Below are positions 1 through 7,692 of a DNA stretch of 38,968 nt, in pieces. Numbering within the stretch: the stretch's first letter is position 1; the number at the start of each line of letters is the position of its first letter. This DNA is from an uncultured Oscillospiraceae bacterium (lineage in GTDB: Bacteria; Bacillota; Clostridia; Christensenellales; CAG-138), in contig CAYPLG010000005.1 of the NCBI GenBank assembly GCA_964411535.1, forward strand, positions 1-38,968, in the 5' to 3' direction. The translations under genes were made by a program, and so were the position numbers. Below the pieces are notes generated by a model that did no database searches, was not told where the DNA came from, and was given only the letters and a program-made list of their open reading frames with translations.

Positions 1-272
1 CCGCCGCGCATGGAACGAATCTGATTCTTTGTAAAATCGAGCACGTTCTTGTCGTCGAGCAGTATCTCGCCGTCGACAACCTTTCCGGTATCGACAAGCA
101 GTTGCATAATGGAATAGGCCGTAACGCTCTTTCCGCTGCCGGATTCGCCAACGATGCCGAGCACCTTGCCCTTTTCCACATTGAATGAAACGCCGTTAAC
201 CGCCTTTACTTCACCGGAATCGGTAAAGAAGGACGTATGCAGATTCTTGACTTGCAATAATTCGTTGCTCAT
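1..272 (-). CDS. ABC transporter ATP-binding protein, oligopeptide/dipeptide type (OppD/DppD-like); N-terminal part only, gene runs off the left edge
   Basis: Minus-strand translation from the ATG at 272 reads MSNELLQVKNLHTSFFTDSGEVKAVNGVSFNVEKGKVLGIVGESGSGKSVT, which includes Walker A GESGSGKS. It starts 4 nt after the stop of the upstream permease gene. Confidence 0.85.
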   Translation of the reverse strand, partial: MSNELLQVKNLHTSFFTDSGEVKAVNGVSFNVEKGKVLGIVGESGSGKSVTAYSIMQLLVDTGKVVDGEILLDDKNVLDFTKNQIRSMRG

Positions 273-276
273 ACCG

Positions 277-1365
277 TTACCTCCTCAGCTTCGGGTCAAA
301 GGCGTCCCGAAGCCCATCGCCAAGCAGATTGAAGGACAGCACAATCAGGCAGATAATGGCCGCCGGGAATACCAGCTTGTAAGGATAGCTCTGCAATCCG
401 CCGCGCGCCGCGTTGGCAAGGGAGCCAAGGCTCGGCATCGGCGCCTGCACGCCAAGTCCGACAAACGACAGAAAGCTCTCCGTAAATATTGCCGTGGGGA
501 TCTGCAACGCGGTGGAAATAAATATGACGCTCATGCAGTTTGGCAAAACATGCTTGCGAATAATGCGGACTGGTTTTGCGCCGAGCGCGCGCGCCGCAAG
601 CACATACTCGTTCTTTTTAATGGACAGAATCTGCCCGCGCACAAGGCGCGCCATGCCGACCCAGTATAGCAGGCCGAACACGATGAAAAGGCTGATCATA
701 TTCGTTCCGATGCGTTCGAATATGGTTCCCGATATTACCTGCCCAAGCACGGAATCCAGCACAACGGAAAGCAGAATGATCATCAGCATATCCGGCAGTG
801 AATAGATGATATCCACAATACGCATCATCACCAGGTCCACCTTGCCGCCCGCGTAACCGGATATCGAACCGTACAAAAGGCCGATGATCAGCACGATAAG
901 GCTTGCAAACAGGCCCACCAATAGCGAAACGCGCGTGCCGTAAATGGTGCGCATGAAGTAATCGCGGGAAAGCTCGTCCGTACCGAATAAATGTGGGAAA
1001 ATCACCGCGCCCTTGTCGATTGCCTTCTGCTCCCGTTCGGAATAGGTAAAAGGCGGCAGGTTCTTTGCTGTTTTATCCCGCTTTCCGTCAACGCGGATCA
1101 TCTCGTCATACCCGTACGGCACAATCATCGGCGCAAAAATGATGGTTACCAGGATCAAAAATATAATGATCAGGCTCATCACAGCAAGCGGGTTTTTGAA
1201 CAGCTTACGCATGCCGTCCCGGAAGAACGTGGTAGACTCGCGCATCTGCGCGTGCTGCGCTTTCTCGTCTTCGGTAGCGGGTTCAAACTTGCTGACGTCC
1301 AGTTGCAGGCTCAGCAGATGTTTTTTCGGCACCATATCGGCGCTGTATGTCTTTTTCTTCTCCAT
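277..1365 (-). CDS. ABC transporter permease, OppC/DppC-like
   Basis: 362-aa ORF, polytopic. It has the N-terminal extension typical of OppC and a BPD-transport permease core (SLPDMLMIILL, YVLAARALGAKPVRIIRKHVLPN). A strong SD (GGAGGAGGG) precedes the ATG. Confidence 0.9.
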   Translation of the reverse strand: MEKKKTYSADMVPKKHLLSLQLDVSKFEPATEDEKAQHAQMRESTTFFRDGMRKLFKNPLAVMSLIIIFLILVTIIFAPMIVPYGYDEMIRVDGKRDKTAKNLPPFTYSEREQKAIDKGAVIFPHLFGTDELSRDYFMRTIYGTRVSLLVGLFASLIVLIIGLLYGSISGYAGGKVDLVMMRIVDIIYSLPDMLMIILLSVVLDSVLGQVISGTIFERIGTNMISLFIVFGLLYWVGMARLVRGQILSIKKNEYVLAARALGAKPVRIIRKHVLPNCMSVIFISTALQIPTAIFTESFLSFVGLGVQAPMPSLGSLANAARGGLQSYPYKLVFPAAIICLIVLSFNLLGDGLRDAFDPKLRR

Positions 1366-1382
1366 CTTCTTCCCTCCTCCCG

Positions 1383-2294
1383 TTAATCAAAGCTGATCTG
1401 CGGATCTACGGCCTTGTATATCAGATCCGATATCAGCGTCATGAGGACCATCAGCGTAGCGAGAAAGATGGTGGTTGCCATGATCATGGGATAGTCGCGG
1501 TTGGTAATGCCCGCAACAAACTTGCTGCCAAGTCCGCCAATCGTAAACACCGTCTCAACCACAAGGCTGCCGGTCAGAATATACGCAATCATTGGGCCGA
1601 CATAGGTGATAACCGGAATCAGCGCGTTACGCAGAGCATGCTTGAAGATAACGGCGCTTTCACGCAAGCCCTTGCTGCGTGCGGTGCGAATGTAATCCTG
1701 TCCAAGCACGTCCAGCATGCTGGATTTTGTCAGGCGCGTAATATACGCCATGGGATACAGCGCAAGTGAGACGATCGGCAGCAGGTAGGAATGCGACCCA
1801 GCGCTCCATACCTGAAACCAGCCGAGTTTTAGGCAGAATATCAGAAGCAGCAGCGTCGCCAACACAAATGATGGCACCGAAACAAACAATGTGGTAAAGA
1901 ATATGATCATCCGATCCGGCCATTTGTTCCGCGTCAGCGCGGCGACTGAGCCAAAGAGCAGCCCAAACAAAATTGCGAACAGCGCAGCCAGGCCGCCAAG
2001 CTTTGCGGAAATCGCAAAGGATTCGGTGATGGTCGCCGTAATTTCACGGCCGTTTTTAAGCGAAATGCCAAAGTCGCCGCGCACCATGTTTTTTAGATAG
2101 ATCAGGTACTGTTCGCCAAGCGGCTTATCCAGATTATAACGAGCCTCCAGGGCGCGTCTTACAGACGGTTCAGGCGCTTTTTCGCTCTGAAAAGGACCGC
2201 CCGGAATGGCATTCATCGCAAAAAAAGTAATCGTTACGATGACAAAAACCGTTACAACAGCCAGAAGCAATCGCTTCAACGCATATTTCCACAT
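1383..2294 (-). CDS. ABC transporter permease, OppB/DppB-like
   Basis: The ORF track shows 1383..2354. I prefer the ATG at 2294 (MWKYALKRLLLAVV, the canonical OppB N-terminus) because the upstream extension starts at a GTG inside the promoter region. Permease motif: YIRTARSKGLRESAVIFKHALRNALIPV. Confidence 0.88.
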   Translation of the reverse strand: MWKYALKRLLLAVVTVFVIVTITFFAMNAIPGGPFQSEKAPEPSVRRALEARYNLDKPLGEQYLIYLKNMVRGDFGISLKNGREITATITESFAISAKLGGLAALFAILFGLLFGSVAALTRNKWPDRMIIFFTTLFVSVPSFVLATLLLLIFCLKLGWFQVWSAGSHSYLLPIVSLALYPMAYITRLTKSSMLDVLGQDYIRTARSKGLRESAVIFKHALRNALIPVITYVGPMIAYILTGSLVVETVFTIGGLGSKFVAGITNRDYPMIMATTIFLATLMVLMTLISDLIYKAVDPQISFD

Positions 2295-2374
2295 CGTATG
2301 CATTCCCCATTTCTTGTGGTTTCGCCAAATAAGCGCGATTATGACAATCGTCACATTATTTCCATATCTATGTG

Positions 2375-2403
2375 ATTATATAGTATACTTCATGCATTTG
2401 CAA
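2375..2403 (-). promoter_or_regulatory. Sigma-A-type promoter candidate for the opp permease operon
   Basis: On the minus strand: TTGCAA (2403..2398), 17-nt spacer, TATAAT (2380..2375). The -35 lies in the centre of the 16-bp palindrome. Confidence 0.55.
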
Positions 2404-2408
2404 ATGCA
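2393..2408. promoter_or_regulatory. 16-bp perfect palindrome TGCATTTGCAAATGCA (operator candidate)
   Basis: Read directly; the sequence is its own reverse complement. It lies in the AT-rich divergent intergenic region between oppB (-) and a methyltransferase gene (+). Confidence 0.6.
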
Positions 2409-2525
2409 AATATCGCCAGATATTGTGCGGTTTCATTTTGTTACGTGCTGCAATTGCGCTGTATACGCCTATAGTGTTATACTTTTATATAACCTAGAAA
2501 CTGTAAAAAAGGATCGACTGCCAAA

Positions 2526-3284
2526 ATGGAAAATAAGAATTATACTGACCTGAACGCATCCGTCATCAACAGATGGACGGAAAACGGCTGGGAATGGGGT
2601 ACGCCCATTAGCCATACGATTTTTGAAAAAGCGACGCGCGGGGAATGGTCCGTGCTTCTTACGCCAACAAAGCCCGTTCCAAAAGACTGGTTCCCGCCGC
2701 TTCGCGGCGCAAGGGTGCTCGGCCTCGCCTCCGGCGGCGGGCAGCAGATGCCGATCTTCTCCGCGCTCGGCGCAAACTGTACCGTACTCGACTATGCCTC
2801 TTCGCAGCTTGCGGGCGAGCGCGCGGTCGCGGATCGCGAAGGTTATGAAATCACGCTTGTGCAGGCGGATATGACCAAGCCCTTGCCTTTCGACGACGGT
2901 TGCTTCGATATGATCTTTCACCCGGTTTCCAATTGCTATGTCGAGGACGTCATGTCCATCTGGAAGCAATGCTACCGCGTGTTAAAAAAGGGCGGCGTGC
3001 TCCTTGCCGGTCTGGATAACGGCCTGAATTTCGCATTTGACGAAGAAGAGACACAGCTGACCTACCGCCTTCCGTTCAACCCGCTTCGCGACCCAGAGTT
3101 GTACGAAGTCTGCATTTCGGGGGATTGGGGTATCGAGTTCTCCCACACCATTGAAGAACAGATTGGCGGACAGCTGCACGCGGGATTCCGGCTTTTGGAC
3201 GTATACGGGGACGTCAACAGCGAGGGAAACCTGCATGACGTCAACGTCCCCACATTCTGGGCAACACGATCCATTAAGGACTGA
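2526..3284 (+). CDS. Class I SAM-dependent methyltransferase
   Basis: 252-aa ORF with SAM-binding motif I VLGLASGGGQQ, an acidic residue after beta-2 (VLDYA), and post-I/II motifs (DMIFHPVSNCYV, LKKGGVLLAG). Confidence 0.8.
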   Translation: MENKNYTDLNASVINRWTENGWEWGTPISHTIFEKATRGEWSVLLTPTKPVPKDWFPPLRGARVLGLASGGGQQMPIFSALGANCTVLDYASSQLAGERAVADREGYEITLVQADMTKPLPFDDGCFDMIFHPVSNCYVEDVMSIWKQCYRVLKKGGVLLAGLDNGLNFAFDEEETQLTYRLPFNPLRDPELYEVCISGDWGIEFSHTIEEQIGGQLHAGFRLLDVYGDVNSEGNLHDVNVPTFWATRSIKD

Positions 3285-3306
3285 TCCATTTTCCTACGCA
3301 GCTATG

Positions 3307-3350
3307 CGGCCGTTACCGGCGCTTTTCCGGTTTCGGCCGTTTTTCGTTTT
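3307..3350 (+). terminator. Rho-independent terminator after the methyltransferase gene
   Basis: Composite stem CGGCCG-tt-ACCGG / loop cgctttt / CCGGT-tt-CGGCCG, followed by TTTTTCGTTTT. It begins 23 nt after the stop codon. Confidence 0.7.
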
Positions 3351-3381
3351 ATCGATTTGTTTTTGACAGTGCAAACAGGTC

Positions 3382-3409
3382 TTGACTTATGCGCCGCGGC
3401 GTGTATAAT
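3382..3409 (+). promoter_or_regulatory. Sigma-A-type promoter candidate for the HMGL-family synthase gene
   Basis: TTGACT (3382..3387), 16-nt spacer, TATAAT (3404..3409). The downstream leader carries ATGC-rich self-complementary sequence (ATGCATGCAT) and a 6-bp hairpin GCATAC/GTATGC (3440..3457) just before the SD. Confidence 0.6.
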
Positions 3410-3471
3410 ACATATCATTATCAAATTGTATACATGCATGCATACATGCACGTATGCCTCGGAGGACAGCC

Positions 3472-4833
3472 GTGAGTAAAATTGTATTCGACGACCATTC
3501 GCATCTTCTCAAGGAGAACTACTATGCCTACTCGGTGCAGGATGTATCGGAGGCCAATCTCTTTACGGAGATGTTTCCCTATGACGAGGTACCGAAGGTC
3601 GCCTTCAACCAGCGCGTGGTGCCCATGCACATGCCGGAGGAAATCTGGATTACCGACACGACCTTTCGCGACGGGCAACAATCCCGCGCGCCTTTTACCA
3701 GCGCGCAAATTGTACGTTTGTTTGATTTGCTGCATGAGCTTGGCGGTCCCTTCGGGCATATCCGGCAAAGCGAGTTTTTCGTCTATAGCAAGCAGGATCA
3801 ACAGGCACTGGAAATGTGCCGGACGCGCGGTTACCGGTTTCCGGAGATTACAACCTGGATCCGCGCCACGGAGGCGGATTTTAACCTCGTGCGCGAGCTC
3901 AATATTCGGGAAACCGGCATACTCGTCTCCTGCTCCGATTATCACATTTTCAATAAAATGCATATGACGCGCTCCGCCGCGATGGAGCAGTATCTCTCCG
4001 TTGTAAAAATGGCGCTCGACCGCGGCATCCACCCGCGCTGCCATCTGGAGGACATTACACGAGCGGATTTTTACGGTTTTGTCGTTCCGTTTGTAACGGC
4101 GCTTTCCCGCCTTTCCGACGAAGCCGGCATTCCCATCAAGATCCGCTGCTGCGATACGCTTGGGCTGGGCGTCTCCTATCCCGGCGCTTCCCTGCCGCGG
4201 AGCGTCCCCGGCATCATCTATGGCCTCCGGCACTATGCCAATATGCCCAGCGCGCTGCTCGAATGGCACGGGCACAACGACTTTTACAAAGGCGTTGCCA
4301 ACGCGGCTACCGCATGGCTCTACGGCGCGGCCGCTGTCAACTGCTCGCTGCTTGGCATCGGGGAGCGCACGGGCAATTGCCCGCTTGAAGCAATGGTAAT
4401 GGAATACTGTTCCCTGCGCGGCCGCAGCGACGGGTTCCGGCTGCCGGTGCTGACGGAAATTGCCGAATATTTTGAAAAGGACATTGGCTACGCAATTCCG
4501 CCGCAAACGCCCTTCGTCGGCCGCGACTGCTGCTCCACGCGCGCGGGTATCCACGCGGACGGCCTGCTCAAGGACGAGCGGATCTATTCCATATTCGATA
4601 CCAAAGCGTTGCTGGGCCGCCAAAGCGAAGTGCAGGTGGATGCGCATAGCGGCCTTGCGGGCATCGCGTTTTGGATGAACACGCACATGGGGCTTTCGCT
4701 CGATAAAAAGTCCCCCGTCGTAACCCGTGTCAAGGACGCCGTCGAAGCGCTTTACGCAGGCGGGCGCACCACCGTTATGAGCACCGAGGAGCTTGCCGCG
4801 CTGTGCAACGAAGCGCTGGCGGCGGAGAGCTGA
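3472..4833 (+). CDS. HMGL-like (DRE-TIM metallolyase) acyl-CoA:2-oxoacid condensing enzyme of the homocitrate / 2-isopropylmalate / Re-citrate synthase family
   Basis: Contains ITDTTFRDGQQ, the HxH-type metal site WHGHNDF, and GIGERTGN. The ORF track starts at ATG 3454, but GTG 3472 follows a GGAGGA SD (3461..3466) at a 5-nt spacing. The 421-aa ORF on the opposite strand is a shadow. Confidence 0.85.
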   Translation: MSKIVFDDHSHLLKENYYAYSVQDVSEANLFTEMFPYDEVPKVAFNQRVVPMHMPEEIWITDTTFRDGQQSRAPFTSAQIVRLFDLLHELGGPFGHIRQSEFFVYSKQDQQALEMCRTRGYRFPEITTWIRATEADFNLVRELNIRETGILVSCSDYHIFNKMHMTRSAAMEQYLSVVKMALDRGIHPRCHLEDITRADFYGFVVPFVTALSRLSDEAGIPIKIRCCDTLGLGVSYPGASLPRSVPGIIYGLRHYANMPSALLEWHGHNDFYKGVANAATAWLYGAAAVNCSLLGIGERTGNCPLEAMVMEYCSLRGRSDGFRLPVLTEIAEYFEKDIGYAIPPQTPFVGRDCCSTRAGIHADGLLKDERIYSIFDTKALLGRQSEVQVDAHSGLAGIAFWMNTHMGLSLDKKSPVVTRVKDAVEALYAGGRTTVMSTEELAALCNEALAAES

Positions 4834-4880
4834 TCACCCCGGCATATTCTCGCAAACAGGCTTTGCCGGTTTGAAAATGC

Positions 4881-4914
4881 AAAAGAGCCAGTGCGGCGGC
4901 ATCGGCTCTTTTTT
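4881..4914. terminator. Bidirectional rho-independent terminator between convergent genes
   Basis: AAAAGAGCC..(imperfect stem)..GGCTCTTTTTT. An A-tract lies on one side and a T-tract on the other, between the + gene ending at 4833 and the - gene ending at 4947. Confidence 0.7.
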
Positions 4915-4946
4915 CGTTCCAACAGGTTGGATGGAAAGCGTCCAGC

Positions 4947-5654
4947 TCACGGCCGTTCAATTAACGCCCGCCAAACGCGCCTTGCGGGCGTATAGCGCGT
5001 CATACTGTCGGCGACAAGGGAGCGGATATGCCAACCGGTGAAAAAGTCCAGCAGTGCATCCCGGTCAAAATAGCGCATGTCCAAATCGTCCACATGGTAG
5101 AAATTCGGTTCCAGCTCCTTTGCGCAATCGCACGGGCAGTAATCGTCTATGTGATTGCAGCGGAGGATCAGGCAACCCTCCGGGCGAAGTATGCGCGCAA
5201 TTTCCAAAATGAGCCGACGCGTTGTTGCCGCGTCGAAGAAATGCAGGCTCATGTCGGAGACGACCACATCCGCCGACGCGTCGGCAATCGGCAACGCTTC
5301 GGCCAAATCGCAGCATATGGTGCGTACTGCAGGCAGATGCGCCCGAAGGATTTGCAGCGCCTCCGCCGAATAGTCACAGGCGACGACCTGTTTGCCGTGC
5401 TCGCATAACCACAGCGCGTTATTGCCCGTGCCGCACCCAATGTCAATCACGGGAAGCGTCGTTTGCTGCACGATGTCGGCGTACGAATCCAGAAACCCGT
5501 CGTGCTGCACGGTTCCGTGATAGAATTGTTGGTGTTTCTGATCCCATAATGAACGGTAATCCAACGGTTTATCCCCCTTATGCATTGGCCCTGCCGCAGT
5601 GTGGAGAAGTCCCTCTGCGAAGCGCGCAGCAGCCTTTGTTTGCATCCCGTCCAT
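4947..5654 (-). CDS. Class I SAM-dependent methyltransferase
   Basis: Motif I VIDIGCGTGNNALWL, then VVACDYS and VVVSDMSLHFF. The start is uncertain: the track ORF begins at a TTG at 5732, and ATG candidates are at 5654, 5645 and 5585, none with a good SD. Confidence 0.75.
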   Translation of the reverse strand: MDGMQTKAAARFAEGLLHTAAGPMHKGDKPLDYRSLWDQKHQQFYHGTVQHDGFLDSYADIVQQTTLPVIDIGCGTGNNALWLCEHGKQVVACDYSAEALQILRAHLPAVRTICCDLAEALPIADASADVVVSDMSLHFFDAATTRRLILEIARILRPEGCLILRCNHIDDYCPCDCAKELEPNFYHVDDLDMRYFDRDALLDFFTGWHIRSLVADSMTRYTPARRVWRALIERP

Positions 5655-5743
5655 CCGCTTACTGCCGCTACGTCCTGTTGATACCGCGTCTACGCTGCGT
5701 TTGGGGCTATAATCGTTTGTAGTCCCGCGCAATCCGCGCCGCT

Positions 5744-6463
5744 TTACGCTTCCTTACGCAACACAACGGCAAGAAAGTTCAGGTACTTGCCTGCGCCCGC
5801 GCGCATCGACTTGCGATCCCCGACCGCGTACGGGTTCTCGCTCTTGAGCCAGTCGTTCCATACCTCCTCATTGCTCTCCATTTCGGATATGGAAAGCAGC
5901 CTTGCGCTGCAGCTTTGCCCAACCATTTTTGCCCAGTAGACGATATCGTGCATATAGTCCATCTGTTCCGGCGTCCAGGAGAGCAGTAGCTCCTTCGGCA
6001 GCGCGTCGTGGCAATCGCGCACCATACCGGATATCGCCAGATACAGGTACCCGCCCGGCTTTACAAAGGGCAGCAGGCAGGCGTCCAGATACCTGCTGTC
6101 ACGCCCGAAGAAATTGTAGGAATCCGTGCAGACTACGCCGTCGAAGAACTCCTTTTCGAAGGGCAGGTCGCTCGCGTCCGCCTTCACCGGAATAAGCCGG
6201 TCGCGCGGCACGCCCATCTTGTCAAAGAATTGTTGATTCTCCGCAGGATCGCTCCATAGGTCCGCTGCGTAGACGGTGAAGCCGTATTCCTTTGCAAGGA
6301 AAACCGACGTAACGCCCTGTCCGCTGCCTAGATCCAGTACGGTTGCATTGCGCGGAATCCGGCAATTTTGCAAAAGCTCCTCGGTCAGCTTGATCGGGTT
6401 GGGCCCCATGATCCGTTCGTGTATGCAAGGGCTGTCATAGCTTGCGCTTTTTTCGTATCGCAT
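5744..6463 (-). CDS. Class I SAM-dependent methyltransferase
   Basis: Motif I VLDLGSGQGVTSVFLAKEYG, then VYAADLW and FDGVVCTDSYNFFG. The ATG at 6463 (MRYEKS) follows GGAG at a 6-nt spacing. The track ORF extends to 6547. Confidence 0.78.
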   Translation of the reverse strand: MRYEKSASYDSPCIHERIMGPNPIKLTEELLQNCRIPRNATVLDLGSGQGVTSVFLAKEYGFTVYAADLWSDPAENQQFFDKMGVPRDRLIPVKADASDLPFEKEFFDGVVCTDSYNFFGRDSRYLDACLLPFVKPGGYLYLAISGMVRDCHDALPKELLLSWTPEQMDYMHDIVYWAKMVGQSCSARLLSISEMESNEEVWNDWLKSENPYAVGDRKSMRAGAGKYLNFLAVVLRKEA

Positions 6464-6581
6464 CGTTTTCTCCATCGCTTTCGTAATACTTTTGTTCAGC
6501 GTATCGCACCGTTCTCCCGTTGCGGTGCTGCGCAAACGGGATTGCACAAAACGCGGTGTAAAATCAAATCGTACTTCGCAG

Positions 6582-6607
6582 AAAAAAGCCGCCCGGTGTC
6601 GGGCAGC
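6582..6607 (-). terminator. Rho-independent terminator after the acidic zinc-ribbon gene
   Basis: Minus strand: GCTGCCCG-acac-CGGGCGGC (8 bp, one G-U) followed by TTTTTT. It lies 26 nt after the stop at 6633. Confidence 0.8.
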
Positions 6608-6632
6608 TTCTTCGCAAAATCATCGCAAGGTC

Positions 6633-7046
6633 TCAGTCGTCGTCTTCCTTGCAGTCCTCGCAACCGCAGCCGCAGCCGCAGGGAAGATCAAGCTCGATTT
6701 CTGCATTGCAGTTCGGGCAAATCAAGCCCTCCTCGGAATCGACCATATCGACGTCGAAATAGACCGTTTCGCCACAGTTCGGGCATTCGACTTCAACAAA
6801 GTCATCATCGTCAAATTCGTCGTCGTCATCGTCGTCGTCGTCTTCCAGTTCGTCAAGCTCCTCGTAGATATCATCCACGCAGTCGGACAGATCATCCAGC
6901 ATATCGGATTGCTCCTCCAGCTCCTCCGCAATTGCGCCCAATGCGTCAATAATGCCCTTGATCAGCTTGCCGTTCTTTTCCTCGGCAATATTCATGCCGT
7001 CAGCCAACCCATCCAAATAGGAAACTTTCTCGGAAATATAGCTCAT
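6633..7046 (-). CDS. Hyper-acidic zinc-ribbon protein, resembling what I recall being annotated as CD1247 N-terminal domain-containing protein
   Basis: 137 aa. It has an N-terminal helical segment, then an acidic tract (EELDELEDDDDDDDDEFDDDDF), then CPNC-x21-CPNC, then the tail LPCGCGCGCEDCKEDDD. The SD AAGGAG lies 7 nt before the ATG, and the gene begins 36 nt downstream of efp. Confidence 0.7.
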   Translation of the reverse strand: MSYISEKVSYLDGLADGMNIAEEKNGKLIKGIIDALGAIAEELEEQSDMLDDLSDCVDDIYEELDELEDDDDDDDDEFDDDDFVEVECPNCGETVYFDVDMVDSEEGLICPNCNAEIELDLPCGCGCGCEDCKEDDD

Positions 7047-7082
7047 GTGTATTCTCCTTCCGTAATGTCTGGTTCTTCTTGG

Positions 7083-7640
7083 TTATGCCCGCTCCATATA
7101 CTCGCCCGTGCGGGTATCGATACGAACGCGGTCGCCTTCGTTCACAAACAGCGGTACGTTGAGCTGATAGCCGGTTTCGAGCGTTGCAGGCTTGGTTGTA
7201 CCGGTTGCCGTGTCGCCCTTAAAGCCCGGTTCCGTCGCCGTAACGGTGAGCTCAACAAAGTTCGGCGCTTCGACGGAGAACGGCGCTTCCTTATAGAAGC
7301 GAACCTTGACATTCTCGTTCTCCACGATGAAGTTGATTGCATCCTCCACCTGGTCGTGGTTAAGCGGAAGCTGCTCATAGGTTTCCACATCCATGAAATA
7401 GTATAACTCGCCGTCGCTGTAAAGATACTGCATTTCCTTGGTTTCAATGTGCGCTTTCGGATACTTGTCCGTAGGGGAGAAGGTGCGCTCCAGCACCGCG
7501 CCCGTCATAACGTTCTTAAGACGAGTACGCACAAAAGCCGCGCCTTTACCAGGCTTTACATGCTGAAAGTCCGTAATCGACCATACCTGTCCGTCAATTT
7601 CTACCGTTACACCCTTGCGAAAATCGCCTGCCATGATCAT
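7083..7640 (-). CDS. efp: Translation elongation factor P
   Basis: 185 aa. [43 protein letters not shown], including the conserved KPGKG loop. GGAGG SD. Confidence 0.97.
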   Translation of the reverse strand: MIMAGDFRKGVTVEIDGQVWSITDFQHVKPGKGAAFVRTRLKNVMTGAVLERTFSPTDKYPKAHIETKEMQYLYSDGELYYFMDVETYEQLPLNHDQVEDAINFIVENENVKVRFYKEAPFSVEAPNFVELTVTATEPGFKGDTATGTTKPATLETGYQLNVPLFVNEGDRVRIDTRTGEYMERA

Positions 7641-7692
7641 AGTACTTGTTCCTCCATCTTGCGTAAGCTTACTTATTATAGGTTATATTGCA

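Noticed and set aside
3421-4686. 421-aa ORF antisense to the HMGL-family synthase gene
   Set aside because: Its composition is Arg/Ala/Gly-rich and it has no recognisable motif. It lies entirely inside a strongly supported gene on the other strand. It is a typical high-GC shadow ORF.
6650-6850. Microsatellite-like (GCAGCC)n and (GTC/ATC)n tracts
   Set aside because: They are in-frame coding repeats for the CGCGCGC tail and the poly-Asp run of the acidic zinc-ribbon protein, not an independent repeat element. They are noted under that finding.
6492-7406. 304-aa plus-strand ORF covering the acidic zinc-ribbon gene and part of efp
   Set aside because: It runs across an intergenic gap antisense to two supported genes. 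Its VVVIVVVV run is just the mirror of the poly-Asp codons.
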